63,904 bases of DNA, filler included, from Phoronis australis (GCA_002633005.1; 6 parts of 6 records of this genome joined end to end with filler, not necessarily neighbours in it); one strand, 5' to 3'; shown: positions 1 through 13,800, numbered from the whole stretch's first letter. Notes: generated by a model not told the origin, from the letters alone. A program made the numbers and translations.

Positions 1-62
1 GGCTGACCCCCCACCTTGCCGCTTGTTGGCTGTACAGTGGTCGGTGGATCCGTGGACTGATA
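1..62 (-). CDS. Possible next DIP2 exon, cut by the window start
   Basis: Either of two AG acceptors (exon start 62 or 56) continues the phase-1 frame without stops (HGSTDHCTANKRQGGGSA). No diagnostic motif. Confidence 0.3.
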
Positions 63-255
63 CTTAAGGAATGTGTTATTGAATTGCCCAAATACATTAA
101 GGTTGCTTTTTAAGCACATTCACGATTCTAAAATAAATACATTACTCATTTACTGCACCAGGCTTTGAAACGGTTTCATTTTGGGCAGATTAGTGCAAAA
201 CCCAAACCCGCCTGAGAACAGAAGAACAACTCGTGCATTCAGACGTACTACTTAC

Positions 256-3200
256 AGGACTGTCTAGCTGTCTGCAATACATCTGCTAGTGAGTTGCGAC
301 CGCCAAGGTCTGCAGGAGGTATGTTGACGTTGGCGTATCGCTGGACCCGACCGCCTGCTGACTCTTGTGAGCTTGGTGTGGACGAGGCTGGAGATTCACC
401 GGGCATGCGGCGTGCTTGAAAACGGTGGTGGTCACCTGAACCCTGACGGGATGAGTCATCGCCAAATACACTGTCGTCATCAGAGTCATCTGAATCTACA
501 CAAAGAGTGATGTCATTATTTCTGTTGAATTCATGGAAAGAAGGAAACTTGATACTTGATACGCGACAAGAGAAAAGAAGAGGACAGTCATGACACTTGA
601 CTATCAGGTCGACATAACCGAGACAATTTTCTACAGGAGCATTCTAAGATATGGTGATTAGTCCATGTAAAGGTGAAGCTTCAACAAAAATAATGATAAA
701 CACTAACAGCGTCCATCATGTGATTCCTGTTAGCCTCTTTATCTGCATTAGAGATTCAACTAAAATCAGAAAAGTGTGTGCTCTAACAGAAGCATTTGAG
801 ATACTTAAGTCGCTTTAACTCTTTTTAACTACATCAATGTATACACAACTCATCTCAGAAATTATGTACACATGTGAAATAGTCTCAGTGTTCAGAGTGG
901 TCGTGCGAGGTTCAAATCTGAATTTTTCGAGCAGGTAAATGAATGTACTCAACATATTTTGGTCAAGGTAATATTGATATGAAGTGATAATTTTTGTTGA
1001 CCAGTAAAATGCCTTTCACAGAATTGATGCAGTCAAATGACCCCTGAAGCAACTGTTGAAAAAATGAAAAAACAATTTACGAAAAAATACATATTAAATG
1101 AGGTGGTAACGATTAGACAACTTGCCGCTGGCATCGTCAGTAAAGAAATACACTGAACTGATAGCATACCCCTATAAGCACCCCCCCAACGCGTTTTCAG
1201 ACTTTGCTGAAATAAGTGCCCAGTCCATGAGCGTCGTGTACATGCGAAAAAAGCCTTACCTACAGTTCTAAAATTCTATAGTAGTGTCTTCAATTTATCA
1301 ATAAGATTTGACAGTGATGAAAAAATCATTGCACGCGGAATTTGTAAACCACGAGCCTCACTGCTATGCCGGTAATTAGCCATGACTATACACTTCAAAC
1401 TTCCGCCGTGCTTCAAAAAGAACACAAGTTTTGCTGATATTGCAATGGACGTGTCCTATTATGTTCTGGCCTTTCAGGAAAGACGCAGCGTACTTGTCAA
1501 AGAGATTGTATTGTATCTTTCCCGTACAGATCTTCTCACTTAACAGGAATCCAAATTTCATTTGACACGTGAAAACAGTGACTCGAAGACTAATAAAAAC
1601 TTGACCTTTGTTCAGTTAAAAGCGCATGGTCAGGAAGCGCGCGCTTCATTCAATCAAGTACCTGTCATCGAAGATCAGTCTTCAGGAACTAACTACACAC
1701 GAAACGGGTAGCATAGCATCCGCAAGAAATATATACTGGCACTTATTTCCAAAAGATTCAAATACCATAAAAATGTTTGCGTTATTTTTAAGGGGGATTA
1801 TTAAATTAGTCGTAATTGGTGTGTTTAAAGTCAAAATGACCCAGCGATAGTGAACACTTCCGCACACTTACACCTCCCGAATCTCCCGAAAAATAACTGT
1901 TAGACTGTTACGCATCCAGTCACCCGGCGACTTACTGAGACAATTCTCGAACATCTTTAGCAGATGAGATCAACAAAAACACATTCTGTTTTACTGCATG
2001 CGTTAATTTCCTTAGTTACAATGCTTGCGTTAATTTCCTTAGTTACAATGCTTGCGTTAATTTCCTTAGTTACAANTGAAGTGATAATTTTTGTTGACCA
2101 GTAAAATGCCTTTCACAGAATTGATGCAGTCAAATGACCCCTGAAGCAACTGATGAAAAAATGAAAAAACAATTTACGAAAAAATACATATTAAATGAGG
2201 TGGTAACGATTAGACAACTTGCCGCTGGCATCGTCGGTAAAGAAATACACTGAACTGATAGCATGCCCCTATAAGCACCCCCCCAACGCGTTTTCAGACT
2301 CTGCTGAAATAAGTGCCCAGTCCATGAGCGTCGTGTACATGCGAAAAAAGCCTTACCTACAGTTCTAAAATTCTATAGTAATGTCTTCAATTTATCAATA
2401 AGATCCGACAGTGATGAAAAAATCATTGCACGCGGAATTTGTAAACCACGAGCCTCACTGCTATGCCGGTATTTAGCCATGACTATACACTTCAAACTTC
2501 CGCCGTGCTTCAAAAAGAACGCAAGTTTTGCTGATCTTGCAATGGACGTGTCCTATTATGTTCTGGCCTTTCAGGAAAGACGCAGCGTACTTGTCAAAGG
2601 GATTGTATTGTATCTTTCCCGTACAGATCTTCTCACTTAACAGGAATCCAAATTTCATTTGACACGTGAAAACAGTGACTCGAAGACTAATAAAAACTTG
2701 ACCTTTGTTCAGTTAAAAGCGCATGGCCAGGAAGCGCGCGCTTCATTCAATCAAGTACCTGTCATCGAAGATCAGTCTTCGGGAACTAACTACACACGAA
2801 ACGGGTAGCATAGCATCCGCAAGAAATATATACTGGCACTTATTTCCAAAAGATTCAAATACCATAAAAACGTTTGCGTTATTTTTAAGGGGGATTATTA
2901 AATTAGTCGTAATTGGTGTTTTTAAAGTCAAAATGACCCAGCGATAGTGAACGCTTCCGCACACTTACACCCCCCCGAATCTCCCGAAAAATAACTGTTA
3001 GACTGTTACGCATCCAGTCACCCGGCGACTTACTGAGACAATTCTCGAACATCTTTAGCAGATGAGATCAACAAAAACACATTCTGTTTTACTGCTTGCG
3101 TTAATTTCCTTAGTTACAATGCACACCTAGATCGTTACATCTCATTTACTCTGGCAAATGAACTTTGATAACACACACATGCTGGCTTACTCAAACAATA

Positions 3201-5754
3201 CGCAGACGAACTTCAAAACAAACATCACGTGACAATAACATGTGTGTCTGTCCAGAGATTTTTCTCGAGTTGCAGACTCGTACGATCTAGCGCAGATTTG
3301 GACTTAATATGCAGCTTATCCTGACTAGGCAGGAATCTTAGGGACGCTATTTTGAAAACTTAAGGAGAACTTCAGTCGAAACTATATTTTTACTGAAGAA
3401 TTCAAGTTGCGATCGCGAGGTAGCGACGCATCAGTTGGCAAGTTTTCACGATGGGATTTTCTGAAAAATGCTCGAAATTTAAAAACAAAGTTTGATAGCA
3501 ATGCATTACAATTTTGTAGAAACTCTGCCATAGGTTACAGATTCGTCACAGAGCGTAAATTTGATGAATTCTAGATTAAGATTTCACCCGTTTCGGAGAC
3601 CAGGTTTCAATCACTTTTTGGCTATAATAAGCACCCCCCTTCCCTAAGCGAATTTTTCCAAGCGCCCTGGGTGCTTAATAGGGCGAATACGGTAATTCGA
3701 TCTCACTAAAAATTAAATTCACTTAAATGAGGTGATGTTTCCTCGACCACCTGCAAACCTTTTTCTGGTATTGCTAAAAATTTTGTGAAACAACACGTAA
3801 ACGAGGCGAAGTCACCTCTGCAGCTAGCACACGTTTACCTAGTACCATAGGCAGATTTATCTCTTGTTACCTAGAGAAACATAACCTCCGTGTTTTGATC
3901 CGGCCCCATTGCTCATCACAAAAAAATAGCCTTGGCAGAACTCAGTGTCATAGTCACTCAAAACCGATTCAAAAACAACTTAGCCTAAAATTGCACGCTT
4001 CCGTTTGTTCGATACCGAAACATTTTCCAATAACCGCGACTAATTTTAAGATTACGTGGGACTTTATCAACACGTCTGAATAATAAAGCAAATATCTAAA
4101 GTTATCACTTCGTTTTGCTTTATGCAACTTGATTTTTTTCATGAAATCATAAAAAAGACCTATTTTATGACAGCTCCTCGTGCAACAATGGAGCATTTTA
4201 AATGCAATTCCAAACAGCATTTTGGAGAACAAAGCATAAAGCATAGTATCTGATAGTTTTGAGTGAATCCAATCAGTTACCAATATAATGTTCTAGAATT
4301 TGCTAAATTTGGACGTTTTTCTAGGGTACTACATAATTAACCACAATCACCACAAACCTGTGCCCTGTCTGTCTTTTCTTGCTCGAGGCCCATATGCCGA
4401 TGTTCTTTTGTTGGGCAAGGGCATGACAGGTACACGACTCTTGTTCTGCGCTAGTGCCTGCATCACGGCTTCTGTGCGGATCTCTGCGTGAAGAAAGTTT
4501 AACGAAGTCCGGTGAGATACATACTAGGAATCGTGACAAGTATTCATGGTAATAGTGACTCTTTAATAACCGTATATAATGTGCCTGCATTTTGAGAACC
4601 AGTTTTCTACACTGAATAACAGGCACCAAACTGGTTCTAAAGATGTGGTTATAACAGACTATTGGCCTTTAATAAGATAAGCGAACTGAACATGTAATCC
4701 ACTTCTGGATCAACTGGGAAGGCCACACTGGCTGAGGGGCATCAACAGTGCCTGTCATCATTAGTGCCGTTCCCATGTGAAATTTAGTGGAAGTAATCCG
4801 GTTATTTTTTCAGCTAAAATTATAATAGGAAAAATTGTTGCATTGAGACATGATTTACTCAGCATGCTAAATTCCACCAATTTTGCCTGGACTTATACCG
4901 GCACATTGTCTTCATGAGTTACCACGGTTTGTTTACTCAGTTAATGGTATAGTGCCAATGCCTGCCAATAGGAGAGACAAAAATACCGGTAATACATCAG
5001 TCTTGCAAAGACGAGACAGTTTGTGGAATTAATCGGTTAATGGTTTCCTGAAATATTTCTTGGATTTCGAAATACATGGAAATGCAGCTTAGGTCTTTAA
5101 AAAAATTTGGATCATAAAATACGTTAAATTTCATACACGATATGAGCTACAAAAAAATGGTAATTGAATGAATGAATATAAACCCAGAAACAGTTGAGGG
5201 ATGTTTTCATCCATGGTACAGCCGTGGGGAAAATAAGATTTCATACATGACCCCTTGGAGTCGCACAGCTTTTAACAATGTTGCAAAATACATGCATATT
5301 TTCTTTGAATTAAAACTACAAAATGCAGAGAGAAGAGAGACAACCGTTGTAAACGAGGAGTAACATGCCAGTTTTCAGCAAAGTGACGCGCCACAACAGC
5401 AATGTTTAACTCTTTGCCACTTACGTCCTCAAGTTTCAAGAAAATTTTCCGAAACGTGACACATGAACTACGAAAGGAGACATTTTTGAAAACAGCATTG
5501 CTGTCTTTCGGATCTTTTTATGATCAAATCGCCGCCTGTGGTACTGCACCACTCCAGCAAGAAAAACAAATCAAGTAACACCACGTTCTAACCCGAGTGA
5601 TATCGTGTCTCATCTCTGGTTGCCCTGCGATGTGCCTTTCTCTGAGCAGCAGTCCCTGGGCTGGGGGTGTTGTTACTGGCCCCTGCACCATCTCCTACGT
5701 AGGGGGAGACGAGACGAGCACGCTTCTTGTCATAGCCCTTCTGAGTGATGTCTC
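256..5754 (-). CDS. DIP2: Disco-interacting protein 2 (DIP2), partial. Exons 5593-5754, 4358-4483 and 256-495 (DMAP1-binding N-terminus and following low-complexity region)
   Basis: Spliced translation GDITQKGYDKKRARLVSPY...RRATRDETRYHS|EIRTEAVMQALAQNKSRVPVMPLPNKRTS...|DSDDSDDDSVFG matches the DIP2 motifs GDITQKGYEKKR, RY(R/H)S, EAVQxALA and PMPSKR. All three exons have AG acceptors and GT donors with phase 1-1 (162, 126, 240 nt). Confidence 0.9.
980..3120. repeat. Near-identical ~1.1-kb direct duplication (980-2075 vs 2077-3120) around a single N, probably uncollapsed alleles
   Basis: Sequence after the N at 2076 restarts at TGAAGTGATAATTTTT (980). Scattered substitutions. A 27-bp unit (TGCTTGCGTTAATTTCCTTAGTTACAA) has three copies on the left and one on the right. 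Confidence 0.85.
2264..3692. mobile_element. Non-autonomous Tc2/pogo-like DNA transposon, left end truncated (partial allelic copy at ~1168-2075)
   Basis: The right end ...TAATAGGGCGAATACGG|TA matches the TIR of the copy at 29901-31533, and long internal stretches are shared with that copy. Confidence 0.7.
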
Positions 5755-7552
5755 CTGCAACAAAATAACACATAGATTAAGGTTTATGATGGAATGAGAG
5801 ATTCTTTCTTCTAAACTGATGAGACCTTGCCCAGACAATAACACACAGGACATGGCAAGTCAATTCATAGAGCCTTGTCTTGCACAAAAATGAACTGCCA
5901 GTGCTAAGTGCGGAAACCAAACCTATTCTGACTAAGGAACAATTTGAGATGAATTTTTTAACAGTAAAAAGGTGATCTTAATCAAAGGTTTGTTTTTAAG
6001 ATGGAAAGGTGGTTTATAGCCACTTTACATACTGGTTCTTTGGCAGCTGTAGTTTAAGCAAGAATAAAGCATGATCTTAAAAAAACATCATCTTTCTGGC
6101 ATTTTTGTTCTTCCACAGCAATGTTGCTGCCTTTTTACATTTTGTTTGAATTGAAATTTGTTACAATCTATCACCTGTAGTTTGACCAGACAGCCACACA
6201 ACCTGTCATGACAAGCACAATGGGTCTGGTAAGAACCAATGACATCATTGCTTCTAAAGCATGGGGTCACTTCTAATCTAAGAAAGGGACCAGACAAGAC
6301 CAATTTTATAACACGAACAGGACAGTCCTGCCTAAAAGCTTGTTTTTGACACAACGCGTGGGATCATTACACCGTCAAACTTCACAGGCAGGCTCTTTGG
6401 CAGCTAAAGTTAAAATGTTAAGCAAATCGCTTGAAGTACCCAGGAGAAAATAGAAAGTATGCAGCTGACTGGGTTAGATTGAGCGTTTACTGCTTCAGAA
6501 GGACCACTCAAATCCTTTACTTGTATATGATTAACCAAGATTAATTAGAAGGAAGCAATAAGTCTTCAATGCTTGCTTCAAGTTAGATGGAGAGCTCAGC
6601 ATTCAAGCCTATATCACCCAAGTGAGACGGTTCACAGTTCAGCTGACAGTGACCACCGTAAGAAAAAATGAGCTAGCTACAGGCTTCATGCGACAAGTAA
6701 AACTGATAAAATGGAAAAAGAGCACCTCTACGAGACGAGATGAAACTCCATGTAAATGGAAAGCAGCAGCAACTACACAATCATGGGCATTACCCAATAA
6801 AAGCATTTGGCATCCATTACTGAGTTCAAGCCCAGTCAAAACACAGGTCTAAGCAGCCATGTGAGCTTAGTTTGTGGTTAATCCATCTTAAGTCTATTTA
6901 CATAATCGTGACTAGGTTGAAGATTCCCACAGCTGTTGGCAAATTATAAACCTCAACTGTTTCATTTCATTTTGAAGGGCTTTTTCATTCAAAACCCCTT
7001 TATAATCCGGATATCCTGGTAAGCCATAAGGCATTTAATTATTTTTTGCTTAAAATGGACTCCTATTTCAACCACGAATTTATATAGAGACAATGGCATT
7101 CTTTACTCAGACATCTATATTGCCACAAATGAACCAAGACAAAGCAGAAAATAAAATAAAATAAGTTTCTTTACCCTTGCTCGACAGATCGTAAAATATG
7201 TGCATGACTATAAAAAATTTCATCTAAACCATAGCAACCCGTCTGAGACGAGAGTGTAACAGGATGGGGGTAGAGAAATATTACAAGGGCAGATCATCAA
7301 TCAAAGAATTTTCTCACATGACAGAACATTTATAGAAGAACAGTGAAGTTCTGAAGTGAAAATATTTGCACTGAATATAACCACGAATATAGGAGGTCCC
7401 CAAGACAGAACAGCCAATGTTTGGAATGGGCAGCTAAAGTTTTCTGTACAAGTCGCTGCTATCATCAATTTGTCAGTTACGCTAACCTAAAGTACTTATG
7501 TTGCAACAGATGTCAATTGAATCCAAGAGCCAACCAGCGATACAAATCTTAC

Positions 7553-7604
7553 CCTCTGAACCCTCTTCGTGAATAGTATATGTTCCTCTGTGATTCAACG
7601 CCAT
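7553..7604 (-). CDS. Candidate alternative first coding exon of DIP2 (MALNHRGTYTIHEEGSE-G)
   Basis: ATG in good Kozak context (aagagtATGG), an open frame, and a phase-1 donor GAGG|GTAAGA that joins in frame to GA GAC ATC of exon 5593-5754. Confidence 0.45.
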
Positions 7605-7939
7605 ACTCTTGATTGTCAACAAAATCGACACTGCACTTCCTGCTTAAACTCGACACAATGTTACAGAGGCAGGCCCCAGTTTATGCAACATCCTTAGTCG
7701 CTTAATATCCGGTTATCATACAAACACACCACTGCTTGCCACTGAATAAAAATGCAACATAAATTTACAACAGCCTCACAAGGCTGTACCAGTACCATCA
7801 GTAGAGACTAGCAACTTGGAGTATAAGACCCACTTCAAAGATGTTCCAAGTATCACCGGTCTCAATTTACAAATTGTCACTCCCTCAAATTCACATTCGT
7901 CAGCTGTTAGTCGACTATCGCACTAAGTAACAGACACTG

Positions 7940-8830
7940 ACAGTCGCTGTTAACCAAAAGGTACGAAGAGATACTTGTTCAATCCTGAAACTCCCAGTTT
8001 CATCAAGTATCGCCACATGTCTAGACCACGTCATCTCCCACGGGAATGGACAAACAAGGATTTACCAGCATACAATATCAGCTCACATCGGATACAATCA
8101 GCCAACCCAATGATTTGCTATTGCTTAATTCTCCCCAACTCAAAAGCCTTCCTTGGTGTTATCTAGCTGCAGCAAATTTTAAACAAAGACAGGGCACAAA
8201 CCCAACATCCATTCCACACTTAAACACTATTTAATCCAAATACTCCACTCTGGACAGCATTGATCCTAACAGCTTCATCTGCCAGTGAGTGTAACTGTGT
8301 TTGAATGTGCAATAGCTCCTGTCTGGTATGTGTGGATGACTCAAACTTTAACTAAACCAATTAGTGGTCACTTCCAGTCACATGACAAGCAGGCACACAT
8401 GAGCTGGGCCAGAAATTGTCCTCCACGACCACAAGAAAAATGAATTAGGACCACAAATATCCTGTAACTCCTTAAAATCATACTGTTTTTTGTCCAAAAC
8501 AAGGTCCAAATTAACAATGTTTGTACAAGTATCATGAAAACAATACCGTAACTGTTTTTGCATTTTACAAAAACATAACCCAATTTATGACAAGAGGGGA
8601 ACCAACAGTTCCCATTTTACCAAATTCAACACCCATCCAGTGATTGATTCTTTCTAACTCTAGGTTTCGATGGACCCACCCTCCAAACTCCTTAAAGTTA
8701 ATTTCAGAAATGCTCCAGAATTTTTTACTCCTCCGGTATCAATATTAACTTTTTTGACTGGTTGTTCTTTGAGACAACTCCAAGTTAACTTGTTCGAATC
8801 AACAAAGACCTTGTCCAAAAATTTCGACAA
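7940..8830 (-). mobile_element. Decayed Penelope-like retroelement remnant
   Basis: Frameshifted minus-strand fragments resemble the RT MG-x-x-x-SP region (ATGGGAACTGTTGGTTCCCCC), an RY-x-DD-IFV-like segment (LRSYRIFVV) and a GIY-YIG-like CIRCELILYAGKS, in the expected order. Confidence 0.35.
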
Positions 8831-8831
8831 A

Positions 8832-9414
8832 AGTCCCAACATCCTACCTAAGTCCCAACATCCTATCCAAGTCCCAACACCCTACCCAAGTCCCAACATC
8901 CTACCCAAGTCCCAACACCCTACCCAAATCCCAACATCCTACCCAAGTCCCAACATCCTACCCAAGTCCCAACATCCTACCCAAGTCCCAACATCCTACC
9001 CAAGTCCCAACATCCTACCCAAGTCCCAACATCCTACCCAAGTCCCAACATCCTACCCAAGTCCCAACATCCTACCCAAGTCCCAACATCCTACCCAAGT
9101 CCCAACATCCTACCCAAGTCCCAACATCCTACCCAAGTCCCAACATCCTACCCAAGTCCCAACATCCTACCCAAGTCCCAACACCCTACCCAAGTCCCAA
9201 CATCCTACCCAAGTCCCAACATCCTACCCAAGTCCCAACATCCTACCCAAGTCCCAACATCCTACCCAAGTCCCAACATCCTACCCAAGTCCCAACATCC
9301 CACCCAAGTCCCAGTATCCGACCCAAGTCCCAACACCTGACCCAAGTCCCAACATCCGACCCAACTCCCCACATCCTACCCATGTCGTAACATCCTACCC
9401 AAGTCACAACATCC
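8832..9414. repeat. 19-bp minisatellite (CCCAAGTCCCAACATCCTA)n, about 30 copies
   Basis: Directly visible tandem array that degenerates at both ends. It explains the 259-aa ORF at 8670-9449. Confidence 0.97.
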
Positions 9415-10690
9415 AATGCAAGTTTAAGTTGTCTGTTCACATCGCTTGAAATTTCAACTAGTCTGCAACTAACTTTTGGTTGTGCCCAGACAATCTGACG
9501 GTTGTTAATGTCCAGTTGTGCACCTGTCCAGAATGAGACAGACTATACAGGCGCATAACGACTCTAACCTGAGGAAACTTTTGTAAGTATAATTACTCTT
9601 GTCTGCCATATAATTGTCCTGAATAGACAAGACTTTACAGCAGTAATAACTAAAATCATGTGAAAACATCTTTTGCTGACAAGTTGAAAATTCCAAATCC
9701 AGAAAACAATCATCAATTGTTTAAAGATGCTTTCGTCCTGCTTAACTGGCTAAAAAACAAAAACCACACAAGGCAATCAACTTTCATAAAATCGGTCTCG
9801 CACCATTCCATACCAACACTAAAACTGTGAATTCAAAAATGGCGCATGTATGCAAATGTCTGTGACTAGAGCTGATAATGGAAATAAAATCCTGTAACCA
9901 ATATTACGAGACCAATTTTATGATTTTACGACAGGATAAGTCCCAATTCAATTTTCATTTTTAGTCAGTTAAAAGGGTGGAATGCAGCTTTACTTAAACT
10001 GAATCCATGACAGGCCTGCTACTAGTGGGAGACAATAGCATTCTGACAGTCAAGTATATTCATTTTTGAAACTGTCTAAATACATAACACCAATCTAATT
10101 ATGACACTTGTGTGTTATGGCGACAAATGGCATCCCTGTATGTGTCTTCACAACACATTCCAAAATATGGTCATCAAAGATAATAGAAACAGGATGCCTA
10201 TATGACAGTAGAACAAAACAAACAGACTCCTCACAAAACCAAATGGAATCACAATAACAAGTCTTGAGTTAGGCCACTTACCACTATTGAATTGATCCTG
10301 ACTCAGGAATAACTAACAGTTAGTAATGTCTTTGGACCAGCTAGAAGATTTTCAGGTCACGACACAACCTGAAATTTTATGAGCTTGTTTTGAAGAAATA
10401 ATGAACTGTCAGTTCATCCTATGTCCAAACAGTTTGACTGAAGCACAATTTGATACCCACTTTAATTCAGAAAGTGGCCTAATACAAAACTTCCTTTTTG
10501 ACAGAAAGCAAGGGTTTAAGGCGTTTTAAAAAATTGGTAATTGAGAGACAATTTTTGCCAACCTGTATTGAGTTGCAATATACCTTGAGCATTTTTTAAA
10601 GTTGGGACACGTATGTTGTAAATATGCAGCTTGTCACATTCATTCACACCATTTATAGGAAAATAATGCCCAGCACTGAAAGTGAAGTAG

Positions 10691-10863
10691 TTATTGTGCT
10701 GACTTTGTTTTGTTATTTTGCCGACTTTGTTTTGTTATTGTGCTGACTTTGTTTTGTTAGTGTTGACGTTGTTTTGTTATTGTGCTAATTTTTTTGTTAT
10801 TCTGCTGACTTTGTTTTGTTATTGTGCTGACTTTGTTTCGTTATTGTGCTGACTTTGTTTTAT
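10691..10863. repeat. 22-bp minisatellite (TTATTGTGCTGACTTTGTTTTG)n, about 8 copies
   Basis: Directly visible tandem array. Confidence 0.9.
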
Positions 10864-13800
10864 TTCACAAAAGAGAAGAACTAGTAACAACATCTGATTT
10901 CCAAGGAATATTTTGAGAACCAGTGAATAACAAGCATCAACCAGGATAGAGTTCAGTAACACTCGCTAGAAAAGCAAGACTTCACGACGTTACGTGACAC
11001 ACTGTGGTGTATTTTTAATGAGAACACGTGACTTTGGCTGAATTTTTCTAGCCGTAAAACAGCAACTGAACTCTGGTTCTCAAAATCCAAGACCGCTATA
11101 AGTGGCAATTGCCAATAAGATCAAAAACCGGACAATCTCCGCACAAATAAAAAAGTTCATGTTCAATTCAACGTTTTGTCTTTTCATCAGACATCATCAG
11201 GATCATATTTACAAAAATTTAAGGCAACAAGTGCCAACATACAGCTCAGGTAACATCCATAGAGTGAAGTGAGAGATACATAGAATATGGTCAGTAGCGC
11301 GGCGATCGTCCGGTTTTTCATCTGATTGTGACCAAAAACTTGCCAATAACTTCATAACTACTAGAAAGTAACTTAATGCAAATTCTCTTGAGAAAACTAC
11401 AAGCCATGGCACATTAAATTAGAAAAAAAACTCATGAAGCTAATGAGAGTCAGAATAGCTGATGATGATACAATGTTGATGACATTTTTGCCAGAAGGTA
11501 GGGTATCACTATGGCTGTGGCATGTATAATTCTCATATTAAAATAAAGGCAACACTGGGCAGAGAACCATCACACCAGGGTCTTTCATAGCAGAGATGCA
11601 GTAGAAATGAACAAGAAGTGTTGTCGGTAGTTTTGACATCTTGTGGCCACTGACTGACGGTCGGACAGACAGTTACGATGAGATCCTCTGTTTACAATGA
11701 ACAATGGAGTAACAAGACCACAAGGAAATGACGTGCAAATGTGTGGCTGAGGAACAACAGCAACAGTAATGACAGGTGAGCGCATCTTGAGTTTTGGAAA
11801 ACCATCTAACAGGGCCCTTGGTGTCTCCATTTGCTATTTCTATGTGAAAAATATTTAAAAATCATGCTTAACTCTCATCAGGCCTAAAAATGACTTAAAA
11901 TTTCTCCCCAAGGTTAGCACAGCTTCTGTTGAACTTGAGGCATTGTCAATAAAGGGTGGCGCTTAGGCGGTGCAATTCATTCTGACAGGAAGGGTTTCTC
12001 TAAAAAAATTCAACAAAATTCTTGGAAGGCGCAGGCAACCTTCCCCCCAGGTGAACGAGGACCCAGTTTATAAATGTGTGCAATTCTTGCTTACAGAAAA
12101 AATACAAGTAACTAATAATATTAAGGCACAAAAATATAAATTCTAAATAAGATTCTGTTAATTGACAGATCCTTCAAGCTCTTCTAGAATGATTAACAAT
12201 CACAAGAGGTACCGGGTATGTTTAATATTTAGAGTTCATGAGATACATAAATTAATGAAAAATTAAAGCCATCATGTGATTCTAGCATTGACAAATTGAT
12301 TCCCAGTCGCCTTGGGGAAATACGCACCTTAGGATATAACTTTAAATGATAGTGAATCTTCAGTGAATACCTTCACTCCACTACGATCCCCCAAGTTTTA
12401 AAATGAGAAAATTTTTGCTTTACTGAACAAACTTTCACACACTGTCATGATTGCCAGATTTGACCGCAGTCTGGAGACTCTCCAGTGGAGAGGCCTACTC
12501 GATGTAAAATATGAACAAAATACAAAGTTTCTTCTGATATCATGCCAACAATTTTCTGTTTCTCGCATTGACCTTGAATATGAGATCAAGGTCATCCACC
12601 TGGGTGCCTTGAGACGCTCTGTCTATACCCCAGTAAAAACATGAACAAAACCTACAGCTCCCTTCTTGAGATACAGAAGTGAGTCACTTCAATTCCTTCA
12701 GCAATTATGAGTTAGTGACTGATGTGGGGTCAATATATAATAATAATTAAAAGCAACATGTCGCAGTTGACCTCGTCCCTTCTAAAGCGAGTTATCCTGT
12801 AACAAGTTACTCCTGAAAGAAGTTGTCACTAGGTTTATGATAAAAATTCCCTAGTTTAGGACAATGAAAAATGATTGATTTTGCTTAAGGTCAGAGCTTT
12901 TACCAAATTTAGAAGACGGCAATATTGGCCGTCCCTTATTAAGAGAATTATGATCAACAACAAGCCATCATTTACCTGGTTGGCAGACAGCATAAGACCT
13001 ACAGTTGGTCTGCCAATGCACTAGCGACACCAAGGGTAAAGCAACTGTTTTTACTGTTCCCTTTACCAAAAATGGCTGTACTTCAGGAGCAAGTTTTCCG
13101 ATACGCAAAATTGATTAAATACACAACACTTATCGTTATTAACAGTCTTCATTCCGTTCCGTTCGTATCCTCGGAACAAAGTTCGACACTCAACAGAACA
13201 TTGGTGAAACAACTGACCAAGAGACATGATTACAAGACACACGACATTTAGAAACATATATGTTTCATTCTCAAATGGAAATAAAATGATGCAGTAATAC
13301 CACCACAGAGCAAAAGCTGGAGACATACAAAGTGGGACCAAAAACAAAGATTCTGGTTCTTGTACATTAGTTTCTCTTCCCCTGGTGTGTATTTGCTATC
13401 CATGGAACAATAGAAAATGACATAAATGACTCAGCCAAAGGTTCACATTATGGTTTTGTATTAATGTACATTTAGCCAACACCAATAATAGAAAGGGACT
13501 GTATTCAATAGTGAGTCAGGCATTGCATTTGCACAGTGGTAGTGACTCCAGAACCAAGATGCTGGTCTTCTGTTGCGTCAATAGCTCACTTGCGAGTTTC
13601 TCGTTAGTCAATGTGACGTCACCGGAAAAGTGGCAAAACCTGCCATATTGCTCTTGTTTGGCCCCCGAGTCTGCTACACACGCTAAATTTTACTGGAGTT
13701 CTTATGGTGAATTTTACGCTTAAAACATTAACACAACTTAAAAGATGGTAGATGGGAAAATTAAAGAACATAAAGACACGTATTTGTCATACCTAAGTCA

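Noticed and set aside
1376-2964. Duplicated small ORF pairs that look like a tandem gene cassette
   Set aside because: They lie inside a non-coding transposon duplicated by an allelic assembly join, and show no protein motifs.
8670-9449. 259-aa Pro/Ser/Thr-rich ORF resembling a mucin or extensin
   Set aside because: It is a translation of the 19-bp minisatellite (three units = 19 aa), which lacks stops in all plus frames. It is antisense to DIP2 and has no supporting gene structure.
12368-12390. Minus-strand ...AGT GAA G|GTATTC as the canonical DIP2 exon ending SE-G
   Set aside because: There is an in-frame TAG two codons upstream, and no LAELELEL-like sequence.
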